Source of the DNA: a virus
DNA: 64,000 nucleotides
Direction: 5' to 3' (one strand)
Virus record (IMG/VR): IMGVR_UViG_3300037882_001801
Location: 1-64,000 of that record
Shown here: positions 27,742-37,432 of the stretch, piece by piece
Position numbering within the stretch: the stretch's first letter is position 1
Layout: each line of letters begins with the position of its first letter
Translations under genes and position numbers: made by a program
The notes under the pieces: generated by a model
Told to the model about the DNA's origin: nothing
The model's database searches: none
What the model saw: the letters and a program-made list of their open reading frames with translations, nothing else

Positions 27742-28479
27742 TTACACAAGCAATCGACTGCCATTTTCTTGCAACAACGCGAAACCATTCTCCTGCACAA
27801 GCTGCGATCCGTCAAACGGAAGCGACGCCAAACGCAGACGAATTTCTACGATGTTTATGTTTTGAATTTCGCCAAGTTTACCGGCTGTGGTACTCAAAGA
27901 CAAAGTGTCTGTGTCGAACCGTACAGGAACATCAAATTCAAAGCCTGCAGTTATTATTTGCCCAGCAAGTGGGGCTACGTCAAATAGAATAATTCCTGTC
28001 TTGTAATCTACATTTACAGTTCCAAGTGTACCAATAGGGGCAAGCGTTTGAAGTATTCCGTTAACGGCTATCTGTACAGTATTTTCAACCGGCTTTGTGA
28101 TATATCGTGTCCATTTATTGATAGTTCCATACGTCTTTATCAAACGAAAGGCACGTTGAGTACCATCACCAACACCAATAGTTTGGTCGGCGTTAGAGAT
28201 AGTAGCTGAAGGTTTACAGGATTTGTAGTCGGTGTAATCCTTCCACCGAAAACCAATCAATCGACCACGAACTTCTTCGAACAAGTTGATGACTTCGTGT
28301 AATTGATCTAAAGTCTTGATACCAAAGCTGGCGTCGTAACGCCTGCGTGAGTTGGCCCACCGAGCGTTACGTTCCTCGAAACCACCACCGTTGATAGCAA
28401 TGTCAGTACGGCGTTCAGGTGCGCTTACTGAACCCGCAGAGATCCCGCATGGGAATTGCTGTTCTAGGAATGATGTCAC
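27742..28479 (-). CDS. DUF2460-type distal tail protein (RcGTA g12-like)
   Basis: FLEQQFPCGISAGSVSAPERRTDIAINGGGFEERNARWANSRRRYDASF...FEEVRGRLIGFRWKDYTDY matches the g12 pattern. It lies immediately downstream of the tape measure. Confidence 0.8.
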   Translation of the reverse strand: MTSFLEQQFPCGISAGSVSAPERRTDIAINGGGFEERNARWANSRRRYDASFGIKTLDQLHEVINLFEEVRGRLIGFRWKDYTDYKSCKPSATISNADQTIGVGDGTQRAFRLIKTYGTINKWTRYITKPVENTVQIAVNGILQTLAPIGTLGTVNVDYKTGIILFDVAPLAGQIITAGFEFDVPVRFDTDTLSLSTTAGKLGEIQNINIVEIRLRLASLPFDGSQLVQENGFALLQENGSRLLV

Positions 28480-28502
28480 CCCGCATTACCCCAATCTGTG
28501 GC

Positions 28503-31500
28503 CTATTCGTTCCGGCTACCACGTCCGACCGTCCGCCTCAACATGGCACCCATCTGAGCCTCTGATTTCCTGAAGCTTTCCGCGTTAGGGGTAGAGACGT
28601 GAAACGTAATGTTGTATTGCGGTGCCACCTTTTGGGTCTCGCCGTGCACCTGCACGCCGAGCGCGCCGTTAGGACCTCGACGCAATGGCATAACGGCTTC
28701 AGGACCACTTTCGGCTAAAGAATTCATTTTTCCGTTGCCTAGGAAATAGGCTTTAGAGCCAAACACATCCCCCTTGGCATTCTGTGTCGCACCCCCGAAC
28801 AGGTTCCCGAGGAACGCAAACGGGTTACCCCCTCCACCAGCTGCGGCGTTGCCACCGCCAAGCATCGTCATGAATGGTTTCAACAACGCGGATTTCAGAG
28901 ACATTGCGACAATGTCTTTGACAATCGACTGCGCCATGTTGCGGAACATCTCACCAAACGACTTGGCATTCAGCGTGCCCTTGCTGAGCGCATCCGCGAA
29001 AGAATCGATAAAGCCTTCGAAGCCACGCTGCATAGCTTGCAGAGGCTGCATTTGCAGACTGGCTAGATTTATTCCTTGCGCTTGTAACTGTAGCGCTATG
29101 TTTAGTTCTTGCAAGTTTTTGGCCGTATCTTTCGAACTGTAGCCATAGAACTTCATGGCTGCAGCAGCTTCCTGCATAAGCTTTTCGTTCTGACGCAAAA
29201 GACGTGCTTGTTTTGCTCCTTCGTTGTTTGTCAGAGAGTCAACCTGTGTCAGGATCTGGTCTGCTCTTTCAGAAGTCATTCCATCTTTTTTGGGGGGCTT
29301 TCGTGACGCTTTCAACGCATCTTCTCTAGCTCTTGTAAGACGAGCTAGTTCTTTTATTTCTGCATCAGTAGCTTTTACAATGCTGTTACTTTCACCTGTG
29401 CCGTATTTTTCGGCAAGCTGTTTTTGTACTTGCAGCTGTTCGTATGCTTTGTAGCCTTCTTTTTTAATCTGTTCAACTTCCCTACGGACACGCGCAATCT
29501 CAGGACCAATGGCATCAAGAACTTTAGGCGCACCGGGAGCAGAAGCACCACCTGAAATATTTAGAAGATTTTGTATTTCAACGCTTAGTCCTTTAGCGTC
29601 AATAGCACCATTTTGCAAAGCCGTTGAAAGTAGTTTCAACGTACCTTCTAAAAATTCAATGTTAGCTTTTCCAGCAGCTGCTTTTTCAGCAGTTTCTTGG
29701 AAATTCTTATTGATGGTGTTTTGTGTTTGCGAAAATGTTATGCTTACATCATTGCTACCAGCATAACGTCTGTCAAATTCACGCTTTGCAATGATAGCGT
29801 CTTCTTCTGCTTGACGAAGTTTTGTTTGTTCTTCTCTAAAAGCATTCAGGTAACTATTTACAGACTTGATAGTGTTAGCAGCACCAGCTTGCTGTGCAGC
29901 ATCAAGAGGCCCAGCTTGCATCGCACGCTGAAGTTCCTCGACCTCTTTGCGCAGGATGGACATGCCGCTAGTGGCTTGATCAGCTTTCGATGGACCAGAC
30001 GCCAAGAAAGCTGCCAACGCTATTGTCGCAGCTACAATACCTGCTTTGGCAACTACAGCCGAACGAGCTACAGTGGTGAGTCCAGCAGCAATATCTCCAA
30101 GACCTGCAACCATACCTATCCAGCGAATAGCAACGAATCCGCCATACGCTGTAACCAGAGCGTCTATCTTCTGTTTGTGTTCATCATAGAATCTACTAGC
30201 ATTGCGAATAGCTGTAGCAAACACTCCAAGATCTTGTACAGGAGGCGCTAGGTTTTTAACTCCTTCGTTATTCTCTTTTTGAATTCTTGTAGCTTCAGCG
30301 GATTGCTTTTTCAACAAAGCGATCCTGTCGAACCCAACTTTTAGTTCCTCTGCTAGGTACTTAGATCTATAGTCTTTAAACAATCTTTGTGCGCTATCTT
30401 GTTCAGTTTTAATAGAGTTTAAATACCTTGCCATAAAGTTTTGGCGTAGTTCTTCTAAAGAAGTTTTCAATTGCTTATCAGCAGCAACTAAATCTGTGTT
30501 ACCTTCGTAAGCCGCAGAAACTAGCTTCTTTATCTCATCTTTCTGGTCCTTAACTAGACTTTCAACGCCAGAACGTTTTGCTGCACCTTGGCTTAGTTTA
30601 TCAAAGATGCCATCTATAGCAGTCGTCGTCGCTGCTCCGATGTCAAAATCAAGAGTTAACAGTTTGTTTGTTTTTACAGCAGCTTTGTTCGCTACAATGT
30701 ATGCAGTTAAGCTTTCAGATAATCCCTTAGCATTAGCCAGACCATCACCAATAGTTTTGTCTAGGTTCAAGACAAAAGCCTGACCAGTTTTCTGAGCGTC
30801 ATCTGCAGGTTTCGTAAAATAATCGGAAATCTTTTTTACCACTGTTGGAAGTGAGAATGCTGCAGCCAATGCAGGACCAACGAATCGTAAGGTCCTTAAT
30901 AGGTATTCAAAACCTGTACCAAGACGACCTAATGCAAGCGCAAGCACACCTGCAAAGGGTGCGACTACAGTCATGGCTGCCCCAGCAACCCTAGAAGTCT
31001 GCCCAACCGCCACAAGCGCCGATGTCGTGGCTTTAATTGCTCTGTCAGCTGTTACGGTAGCTGCTGGAAGTGCTACGTTAAAGTATTTCAGTAGTGCTCC
31101 ACCGGCTGAACCTGTTATAAGTGCGAAGGCTCCAGCAATCAGACTGAATTCTGCTAAGAGAACACCACCACCAAACAGGCGCGCATTCTCCTGCACAACT
31201 TTCAGCGCGCTGGATAAGGCATCCAGCACTGTACGAAATTTTTGTGTAGAGTAAGAAGCTTGGTCTATCTTTTCCAATGCAATAGAAACGTTAGCGTTCA
31301 ACATACCAAATGACGCGTTCAAGTTTTTTGGAGGATCATTTGTGATCCCATACATCTCCTTCAATTTGAGCATGAAGATTTCGATGAATCGTGTGCTCTC
31401 GATTTGTTTGTTCTTCATCGCAGTGAAGAAGTCGAGCGCGGAGCCTCCTTTACCCTCAACCTTTCCCGTCATTTCACGCCATGTCTCAAGACCAACTTTC

Positions 31501-33305
31501 AACGCACCCGGCAAACGGTCACCGAGCTGCTGTCTGAATTCTTCGGCCTGCACAGTACCCTTCGAGATCATCTGCTCGAAAGCTTTGGCCATACCTGCAA
31601 TGCTTTCTTGTGGCATTGCGAACTTGGCACCCACAGATGCAAAATCCTCCATGAACGACTTGAAGCGTTCACCACCCAAAGTCGTGTTCTGAGTCGCAAT
31701 CTTCAAACGCGCCAGTGGAATAGACAACGAATCAATAGCCAAACCATACTTGGCCATCGTCGCTAGCTGTGTGTCAAAGTTTAGCTGAGCATTCTCTCCG
31801 TTGAATTTGCTGAGATTCACAAACAGTTCTCTAATGGGGCCTAGCGTCCGTTCGTTAGACACAGTGCTGGTGTAGAATTCCTTCACCTTACGAAAAACGC
31901 CTGACACGACGCCAAGCATAATGTTTGCCCCACCTGAAAGGGCAGTGAAGACATCTTGAGTGAACCCACCGAAACCGCCAAGCGCATTCTTGGCGTCTTC
32001 CAAACTCTGTTGAAACGATTGAGTCTGAACACGCGGGGTGGCTTGTGTTTGCAATTGCTGATTTTGCTGCTGACGACGAGCATTTTGCTGCGCCTCACTT
32101 ATCTTTTGCTGATCTTCAACTATCCGTTGTCGCGCTTGACCGGAAGCATCACCCACAGCTTTTTGATCCGCAGCCATTTGTTTGGCGCGATTGCTAGATT
32201 TTTGACCAGTGTCTGTAAAAGCGTTTCCGGCACCTATTATTTCTTTTTGTATACCTTTAAATTCACGTTCGATAGTTTTTCCAACTCCTACAATTTCACG
32301 TACAAAGAAGTTTAGCCCATCGCGAGCATTTTTTAAGTTAGCCACACTTAGATAAGCGATGTCCAAATTTTGCTCAAACTTATCCTTACTAGTCTTGGGA
32401 GCCACACTAGGAACAGATGTAGGTTTTACCTGCTGCTGTTGCTGCTGTTGGACTTGAATCAACGCAGAGGTTTCTTTACGCAGTGCTGCTACCTGATCTG
32501 TACGTGCTTTATCGACCGCAGTAGCGTTTTTAGAATACTCCAGTTGCTTTTGAGAGTCTGATTTCACTCTTCCAAGTTGTTCTTGCAGTTCAATTAACTT
32601 CTTCAAATGATCAGCTTGAATTCTATAAACACCATTGACATCAAGTTCTATAGTTTTTCGAAGATTTGCAAGATTGTTTATTTGCTCCATCATTTGTTTG
32701 TGGAGTTTTAAAACGTCAGTACTGACTGTATTAGCACGCGCATCTGTATGTGTTGCAGTTACACCAAGTTGTTGGCTGAATTTTTCGCCAGGAGGTGTTT
32801 GCCAAACAGGTACACCGTTTGACTTCTGTGTTGTTACAGTAGGCGCAGACTTAACTTTATCGTAAAGTTCTTGTGTATGCTTAACTGCGGCCAAGATGGT
32901 TTTGTTGAAATCTTCAGCTTGTTTACGAACATCGTCAAGTCCGCTCGAAGAACGCCCACTCAACGCCGAAGACAACGATTTCATTAAATCAATAGACTGT
33001 CGCAGCTTACTTTGAAGATCATTAACAGCTGCAGTAATGACTTCAGGGCCTGCGCCCGAACGTGAGAGCGAACTGACATAAAGCTGTTGCTGACGCACCA
33101 AGGCTGCAAGACTTGATGCTTGATCTGATATAGCAGAGGCAGCCAGATTTTTGTTTGCAACACCTTTAGCATTCTGGATGGTGTTGTTGAGTTCTTTATG
33201 CAAATTCGTTATAGTGACAAGTTCAGATTTCAGCTGCCCAAAATTCGACAGGCCATCTATCGCAACCTTAATTGAGGCTGTGAGATCTGCGATTGTCTGA
33301 GTCAT
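28503..33305 (-). CDS. Tail tape measure protein (1600 aa)
   Basis: Largest ORF in the window, Ala/Gln/Lys-rich helical sequence with internal hydrophobic Gly/Ala segments. It holds the canonical position after the frameshifted chaperone pair. RBS is GAGGGG. Confidence 0.9.
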   Translation of the reverse strand: MTQTIADLTASIKVAIDGLSNFGQLKSELVTITNLHKELNNTIQNAKGVANKNLAASAISDQASSLAALVRQQQLYVSSLSRSGAGPEVITAAVNDLQSKLRQSIDLMKSLSSALSGRSSSGLDDVRKQAEDFNKTILAAVKHTQELYDKVKSAPTVTTQKSNGVPVWQTPPGEKFSQQLGVTATHTDARANTVSTDVLKLHKQMMEQINNLANLRKTIELDVNGVYRIQADHLKKLIELQEQLGRVKSDSQKQLEYSKNATAVDKARTDQVAALRKETSALIQVQQQQQQQVKPTSVPSVAPKTSKDKFEQNLDIAYLSVANLKNARDGLNFFVREIVGVGKTIEREFKGIQKEIIGAGNAFTDTGQKSSNRAKQMAADQKAVGDASGQARQRIVEDQQKISEAQQNARRQQQNQQLQTQATPRVQTQSFQQSLEDAKNALGGFGGFTQDVFTALSGGANIMLGVVSGVFRKVKEFYTSTVSNERTLGPIRELFVNLSKFNGENAQLNFDTQLATMAKYGLAIDSLSIPLARLKIATQNTTLGGERFKSFMEDFASVGAKFAMPQESIAGMAKAFEQMISKGTVQAEEFRQQLGDRLPGALKVGLETWREMTGKVEGKGGSALDFFTAMKNKQIESTRFIEIFMLKLKEMYGITNDPPKNLNASFGMLNANVSIALEKIDQASYSTQKFRTVLDALSSALKVVQENARLFGGGVLLAEFSLIAGAFALITGSAGGALLKYFNVALPAATVTADRAIKATTSALVAVGQTSRVAGAAMTVVAPFAGVLALALGRLGTGFEYLLRTLRFVGPALAAAFSLPTVVKKISDYFTKPADDAQKTGQAFVLNLDKTIGDGLANAKGLSESLTAYIVANKAAVKTNKLLTLDFDIGAATTTAIDGIFDKLSQGAAKRSGVESLVKDQKDEIKKLVSAAYEGNTDLVAADKQLKTSLEELRQNFMARYLNSIKTEQDSAQRLFKDYRSKYLAEELKVGFDRIALLKKQSAEATRIQKENNEGVKNLAPPVQDLGVFATAIRNASRFYDEHKQKIDALVTAYGGFVAIRWIGMVAGLGDIAAGLTTVARSAVVAKAGIVAATIALAAFLASGPSKADQATSGMSILRKEVEELQRAMQAGPLDAAQQAGAANTIKSVNSYLNAFREEQTKLRQAEEDAIIAKREFDRRYAGSNDVSITFSQTQNTINKNFQETAEKAAAGKANIEFLEGTLKLLSTALQNGAIDAKGLSVEIQNLLNISGGASAPGAPKVLDAIGPEIARVRREVEQIKKEGYKAYEQLQVQKQLAEKYGTGESNSIVKATDAEIKELARLTRAREDALKASRKPPKKDGMTSERADQILTQVDSLTNNEGAKQARLLRQNEKLMQEAAAAMKFYGYSSKDTAKNLQELNIALQLQAQGINLASLQMQPLQAMQRGFEGFIDSFADALSKGTLNAKSFGEMFRNMAQSIVKDIVAMSLKSALLKPFMTMLGGGNAAAGGGGNPFAFLGNLFGGATQNAKGDVFGSKAYFLGNGKMNSLAESGPEAVMPLRRGPNGALGVQVHGETQKVAPQYNITFHVSTPNAESFRKSEAQMGAMLRRTVGRGSRNE

Positions 33306-33358
33306 TTTCAGGCCCCTCTAACAACAAGGCGTCAGTGTTTTCACACCAACGCCTCGTA

Positions 33359-33978
33359 TCATTTCCGACGCATTGCAGCTTCTTGCAGCTTGTTCGTTAT
33401 GTTTATGTAAGCCACCCAATGGACCAACTCTTCATAGGACATCTCTTCGATGACCTCGTGTGCAAACTTTCCGAGCATTTCTGCTACGATGAAAATTTGA
33501 AACTTGAGTTGATCCTTTTCTAGTTTTTTTGCGCTTCCTTGATTGTCGTGCCAGTAACTTCCTGGAAAGCCTCCATAACGCGCGCGAAAGATTCGCCGTA
33601 GGGCATCGAGCACAACGAATCTTGATCCACGTCCTGAAACAGCTGCTCGCCCGTGTCTGGCGCATAGGCGTAATTCATAAGAATAAACGTGCCCGCTGCA
33701 CGTTTGTCGTCCTCATCGATCTTCAGGCTCAACATCTTGACGAGAGACGGCTGACGAATTTCGATTGTTGCGCCAAAGAAGTCGACTTTTTTCGAACGAA
33801 ACTTCTTGTTCTGAGCCGCGAAGATGATCGACTTCAACGCCCGAGCATCCATTGGCATAGTCGGAGTCGAGCCGACATTTGCCATTGGCACAACAGGCGC
33901 ACCCCCAGTGCCATTATCGTGCGGATGTTGCGTTCCAGCTGCTACCGATGCCGCATTCTGAAGTGTCTGGCTAGTCAT
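33359..33978 (-). CDS. Tail assembly chaperone -1 frameshift fusion product (GT-like)
   Basis: The -1 frame, entered at the A AAA AAC heptamer, reads LEKDQLKFQIFIVAEMLGKF... and stays open to 33359. This corresponds to the track ORF 33359-33613. Confidence 0.7.
33520..33978 (-). CDS. Tail assembly chaperone (G-like, 152 aa)
   Basis: ATG 33978 has GGGAG upstream. It sits between the major tail protein and the tape measure and ends ...GAA GCG CAA AAA AAC TAG. Confidence 0.8.
   Translation of the reverse strand: MTSQTLQNAASVAAGTQHPHDNGTGGAPVVPMANVGSTPTMPMDARALKSIIFAAQNKKFRSKKVDFFGATIEIRQPSLVKMLSLKIDEDDKRAAGTFILMNYAYAPDTGEQLFQDVDQDSLCSMPYGESFARVMEAFQEVTGTTIKEAQKN
33523..33529 (-). promoter_or_regulatory. 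Programmed -1 ribosomal frameshift slippery heptamer A AAA AAC
   Basis: The plus strand shows a run of seven T at 33524-33530. In the zero frame this reads CAA AAA AAC TAG. A -1 shift moves codon phase from coordinate mod 3 = 0 to mod 3 = 1, which is exactly the phase of ORF 33359-33613. Confidence 0.75.
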
Positions 33979-33992
33979 GGTGTACTCCCATC

Positions 33993-34036
33993 GAAAGGAA
34001 AAGAAACTACGCAGTGCCCCCTTTAGCTCCGCGTAG
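33993..34036 (-). terminator. Intrinsic (probably leaky) terminator after the major tail protein gene
   Basis: Minus-strand sense: CTACGCGG...CACTGCGTAG stem (8 bp, one G-U) followed by TTTCTTTTCCTTTC. Confidence 0.6.
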
Positions 34037-34077
34037 CCTATGATCTCTAGCACTAAGACGATGCTGACAGGCAAGTG

Positions 34078-35112
34078 TCAGACGTTCGTATAAGCACCCG
34101 AACCTTTGAGCTGCACAGAGAATTCGTTCAATGCCCCGAGCCCACCGGCCAAAGACATGTTGGTGACAACGGCCGAACCCTGTTTGCCAGAAACGCCATC
34201 TTCCAGATAGCGCGCATCAACCAGAACTTCGTTGATCCAGGCGTCAAGCAACGTTCGTACGCCTAGGTTCAGGATGCTTTCAGGTTTGTGCACCCAGGAG
34301 AATGGTGCCTGTAGAAGATCACCATCCGGTGCCCACAGATCCATGGAAACGTTTTCTTCTTCGATTGAGCCAACTTTACCTGACTGCTTGTCGGACTTAA
34401 CAATAAAGAAGCCACGACACGTCGAGTGACCTAGGCCGTCTGGGTTTAGTTCGATGATAAAGCGTTCGCGTGCCTTCAGCTCATCAAGAAACGTGGAGGT
34501 CAGCTTGTAAAAGCCTGTCAATTCAAGCGAGACGGTCTTGAGCCCTGGCTGATACTGTCGAAAGCCTTGGTTCGACTGCGCAATGCAGAGATCGGTGGAG
34601 TCGACCGCATCAGCCTGCTGCGACAGCGAATACTTGTTCATCGAACACACCTGCGCATTTGGCAGGTACTTGCCAGTGATCGTAACGGCACCTGACACGG
34701 TGTACGTTGACTTGAAAATGATTCGCCCAAAAAGATAATCGATCTTTTCAACGTTCGCAGTCTGATCGACACCTCCAGCTTTAACGACAGGCGCGGTCGC
34801 TTGATCAATAATTCGTTTGGTAGTGTCAGTGATTTCGTAGATCTGACCTGAGACCAAAGCTGCTGGTTCATCAGTGAAGACAATACCGGGTCCGGTCTTC
34901 ATGATCTTGGCTTGGTAGCCCGCGTAGCCTTTGTAGACAGCGTTGGCTGAAAGTTCCCAATTGAGAATGTCAGGCTGCATAGATTTGTAGGCATGGCCGT
35001 AGATGGTGTCATCCACCATATCTGCCTGTACCATAAAATCGGCAGTGTTGCCGCTCAACTTGCGGAAGGTGCTCGCCCCGAGGGCAGAAATCAGAACTGA
35101 CTTAGCTGGCAT
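34078..35112 (-). CDS. Major tail (tube) protein
   Basis: 344 aa. It lies between the tail-terminator-like gene and the chaperones and is flanked by expression-tuning hairpins on both sides. Confidence 0.75.
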   Translation of the reverse strand: MPAKSVLISALGASTFRKLSGNTADFMVQADMVDDTIYGHAYKSMQPDILNWELSANAVYKGYAGYQAKIMKTGPGIVFTDEPAALVSGQIYEITDTTKRIIDQATAPVVKAGGVDQTANVEKIDYLFGRIIFKSTYTVSGAVTITGKYLPNAQVCSMNKYSLSQQADAVDSTDLCIAQSNQGFRQYQPGLKTVSLELTGFYKLTSTFLDELKARERFIIELNPDGLGHSTCRGFFIVKSDKQSGKVGSIEEENVSMDLWAPDGDLLQAPFSWVHKPESILNLGVRTLLDAWINEVLVDARYLEDGVSGKQGSAVVTNMSLAGGLGALNEFSVQLKGSGAYTNV

Positions 35113-35133
35113 CGATGGTTACCCCTTTGAAAT

Positions 35134-35153
35134 CTGAGCAAGCCCTTGCTCAG
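35134..35153 (-). other. Stem-loop just upstream of the major tail protein RBS
   Basis: A perfect 8-bp stem (CTGAGCAA with TTGCTCAG) with a 4-nt loop, in the 66-nt gap between 35179 and 35112. Confidence 0.5.
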
Positions 35154-35178
35154 GTGACTGCACATTTAGAACCTCACA

Positions 35179-35652
35179 TCAAAGGCCGCTGTCCTTACGT
35201 TGTGAGGCAGTCAGATCACCCTGGTGGATGATTAGCTGGAAGTTCATTGAGAATTCTGGGCGCTCTGCCGCTGTGTCGTATCCTAAGTGGAGTATATCAC
35301 TGGTCATGGTGACGGAAGCCCACGTGTCGCCGCCACGTACCTCACTGTTTCTTCCGAGCAACAGGTCTTTAATTTCTCGACACTTTGAGTACGCGGTCTT
35401 GTAGCCGTTGGATTCCGCCCGAACCAAAATTTGAACGGTAGGATAGTCGATATCTAGTCCAGGTTCTGGGGCAAGACCCCCTGTGTCGTAAATAGCAATC
35501 ATCCGATGCGGTAACGCCATCATACGAGATATCCCAATAGCCCACACACCTTGTGGCCACGCATTCGTAGGGTAGTCAGCATGGAACACACCTACACCTG
35601 CTGCGACCAAGATGTCTTTGATGCCTTCGCTTGGGGTAGCGTATACCGGCAC
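35179..35652 (-). CDS. Tail terminator / tail completion protein (DUF3168-like)
   Basis: The GTG start overlaps the upstream TAG (TAGTG). At 157 aa, its position and pattern (IAIYDTGG...YPTVQILVRA...) are reminiscent of DUF3168 neck proteins. Confidence 0.6.
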   Translation of the reverse strand: MPVYATPSEGIKDILVAAGVGVFHADYPTNAWPQGVWAIGISRMMALPHRMIAIYDTGGLAPEPGLDIDYPTVQILVRAESNGYKTAYSKCREIKDLLLGRNSEVRGGDTWASVTMTSDILHLGYDTAAERPEFSMNFQLIIHQGDLTASQRKDSGL

Positions 35653-36239
35653 TACTTCGCTCCCATAGCCTGTTTCATGCCGCTACCAAGATCGTCTTTG
35701 ATTTGGTCCATATGCTCTTTCAGCGCCTGCTCAAGGAACTTGGCACGTGTCGGCGGATCGTGGCGATAGGTCAAGATCTCATGCACATAGGCAGCGTAGA
35801 AAGGATTACCAGCAAACCCATAAGTGATTTTTGCTGTAATCTTACCACCAGTTTCTTTGGTTACTGTAAGCTTTCCACTTTCTACAAGACGAATTGGTGT
35901 TCCACGCGAACCACTTGGACTTTTTGGACAGTAATATTGAGATTTTTCAAAAGCTGGAATCAAAGCGTTTTTAAGCGCAACTTTGCTTTCTACTTGAACA
36001 TGGTTTGCCCAAGCTTGAATTTCTCCAAGTAGCTGTTGAGTTTGTCCAGTTAAACTTTGGTTTCTGTATTGCTCTGCGGATGCACGCCAGTTCCAACTTT
36101 TCACACCAGCACGTTCTGTTCCCCCACCAGTGAACTGACCTGTGCGCGAACGAGATTGTCCAGTCTTGAGGTTCAAGAATCCTTTGTTGCCATAGCCTAC
36201 GCCACCACCAACTTTTACATTTCCATAACGTGGTGCCAT
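35652..36239 (-). CDS. HK97 gp10-like head-tail joining protein
   Basis: TAATG overlap with the upstream gene. The C-terminal RAKFLEQALKEH motif and the position fit the gp10 family. Confidence 0.55.
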   Translation of the reverse strand: MAPRYGNVKVGGGVGYGNKGFLNLKTGQSRSRTGQFTGGGTERAGVKSWNWRASAEQYRNQSLTGQTQQLLGEIQAWANHVQVESKVALKNALIPAFEKSQYYCPKSPSGSRGTPIRLVESGKLTVTKETGGKITAKITYGFAGNPFYAAYVHEILTYRHDPPTRAKFLEQALKEHMDQIKDDLGSGMKQAMGAK

Positions 36240-36604
36240 TAGAGCCTCGCCGCGTATTCAGAGAACTGGCCTCGCAGGGATGGAACCCCTGTCACTGTGC
36301 GAATAATAAAGCAGCTTGAGTCACTGGCTGGATCAGAAAGCGTTGTGACACCAAAAAACAGATACCCACCTTGTAGAAGAAGTTTTTGAACGTAAACGAT
36401 AGAGTCCGCGACGTTTACTTGAGAGTTACCCGCAGCACTTCCAAACGTGTTTGAGCTACGCTCAGTTGTGTTCAGCTCCCAACGACATCGAATGATTTCA
36501 GGCGCAACCCAAGCTTCAGCGCCGTAGCCATCCGGTTGACGATGTGCCCAGTAAGTCGCTTGGTGCGGATAGTGTTGTAGACGCGTTCCAGGAAGCCATT
36601 TCAT
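36239..36604 (-). CDS. Head closure / head-tail adaptor protein (121 aa)
   Basis: ATG 36604 (MKWLPGTRLQ...) overlaps the upstream stop as TAATG. The track's longer N-terminal extension would overlap the upstream gene. Confidence 0.6.
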   Translation of the reverse strand: MKWLPGTRLQHYPHQATYWAHRQPDGYGAEAWVAPEIIRCRWELNTTERSSNTFGSAAGNSQVNVADSIVYVQKLLLQGGYLFFGVTTLSDPASDSSCFIIRTVTGVPSLRGQFSEYAARL

Positions 36605-37038
36605 TATGGACCCCCGAGCGCATTCCGAATTGGCAGTGGCACGTTTAGCATACGCGGTGCAGAGTAGCTTTCCAAGAAGAAGCGCAAGGGCTGCTTCTGT
36701 GACGCCTGGGCAAGCAACCCCGTGATGTCTAACGCGCACGCCTGTTGGCCAAACCGCGTAGACATGAATCCATACACATCATAGCCGTAGCTTTTATAGC
36801 GTTCTTCAGAGAGCCCGCTTTTGGCAAAGGTTATACCACCGCGCTCGACAGATAGAACCCAAAAATGAGCAGCAATAAAATTCTCTACAATATCCAAAAT
36901 AGCAAAAGAACCTGAACCCCATTTGGGGCTCAGATTCTCTGTAGCTACAGCGATTGCAAGATCGCAAAATATTTGCAATTCGCTGTCGGCGTCCTCAGCC
37001 CCAGTAATTTGTTTCAGTCTGGCGGGTGTCGTCGGCAC
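36604..37038 (-). CDS. gp6-like head-tail connector protein
   Basis: GTG start with GAGGG upstream. The sequence LKQITGAEDADSELQIFCDLAIAVATENL resembles the phage gp6-like connector pattern. Confidence 0.6.
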   Translation of the reverse strand: MPTTPARLKQITGAEDADSELQIFCDLAIAVATENLSPKWGSGSFAILDIVENFIAAHFWVLSVERGGITFAKSGLSEERYKSYGYDVYGFMSTRFGQQACALDITGLLAQASQKQPLRFFLESYSAPRMLNVPLPIRNALGGP

Positions 37039-37086
37039 GTATAGACCCTCTAAATTTATACGTGTTTAGCCGTAAGGCTAAATGCG

Positions 37087-37401
37087 TTACTCCCCACGCA
37101 CTCGACGCGCACCTGCACCTGCCGGTGATTGCGCCGGAGCACCTGCGACACTTGTTTTTGGAGGCCCTGGCGGTGCAACAGCCTGTGCTGGTGATGTGGC
37201 ACCCGCCATGCTTTCAGATGCCGCCATTTTGATCTCAGCTTCGGCTTTGTCAGCCGCGACTAAAACGCCAGCAAGAGCGTTTAACTGATTTTCTGTGACT
37301 TCGACTTCGGAATCCTTACCCATTCCAGGACGGACTTCAATATTGTTGCCTTCACTGTCCTTCTTCCAGAATGAGCCGCGCACGACGACTGCCTTTACCA
37401 T
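37087..37401 (-). CDS. Hypothetical head-associated protein (104 aa) with Ala/Pro-rich tail
   Basis: ATG 37401 (MVKAVVVRGSFW...) has GAGGA upstream. It lies directly after the capsid gene. Confidence 0.6.
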   Translation of the reverse strand: MVKAVVVRGSFWKKDSEGNNIEVRPGMGKDSEVEVTENQLNALAGVLVAADKAEAEIKMAASESMAGATSPAQAVAPPGPPKTSVAGAPAQSPAGAGARRVRGE

Positions 37402-37432
37402 GATATATATCCTCAGAGTTGGTGATAGGTTA

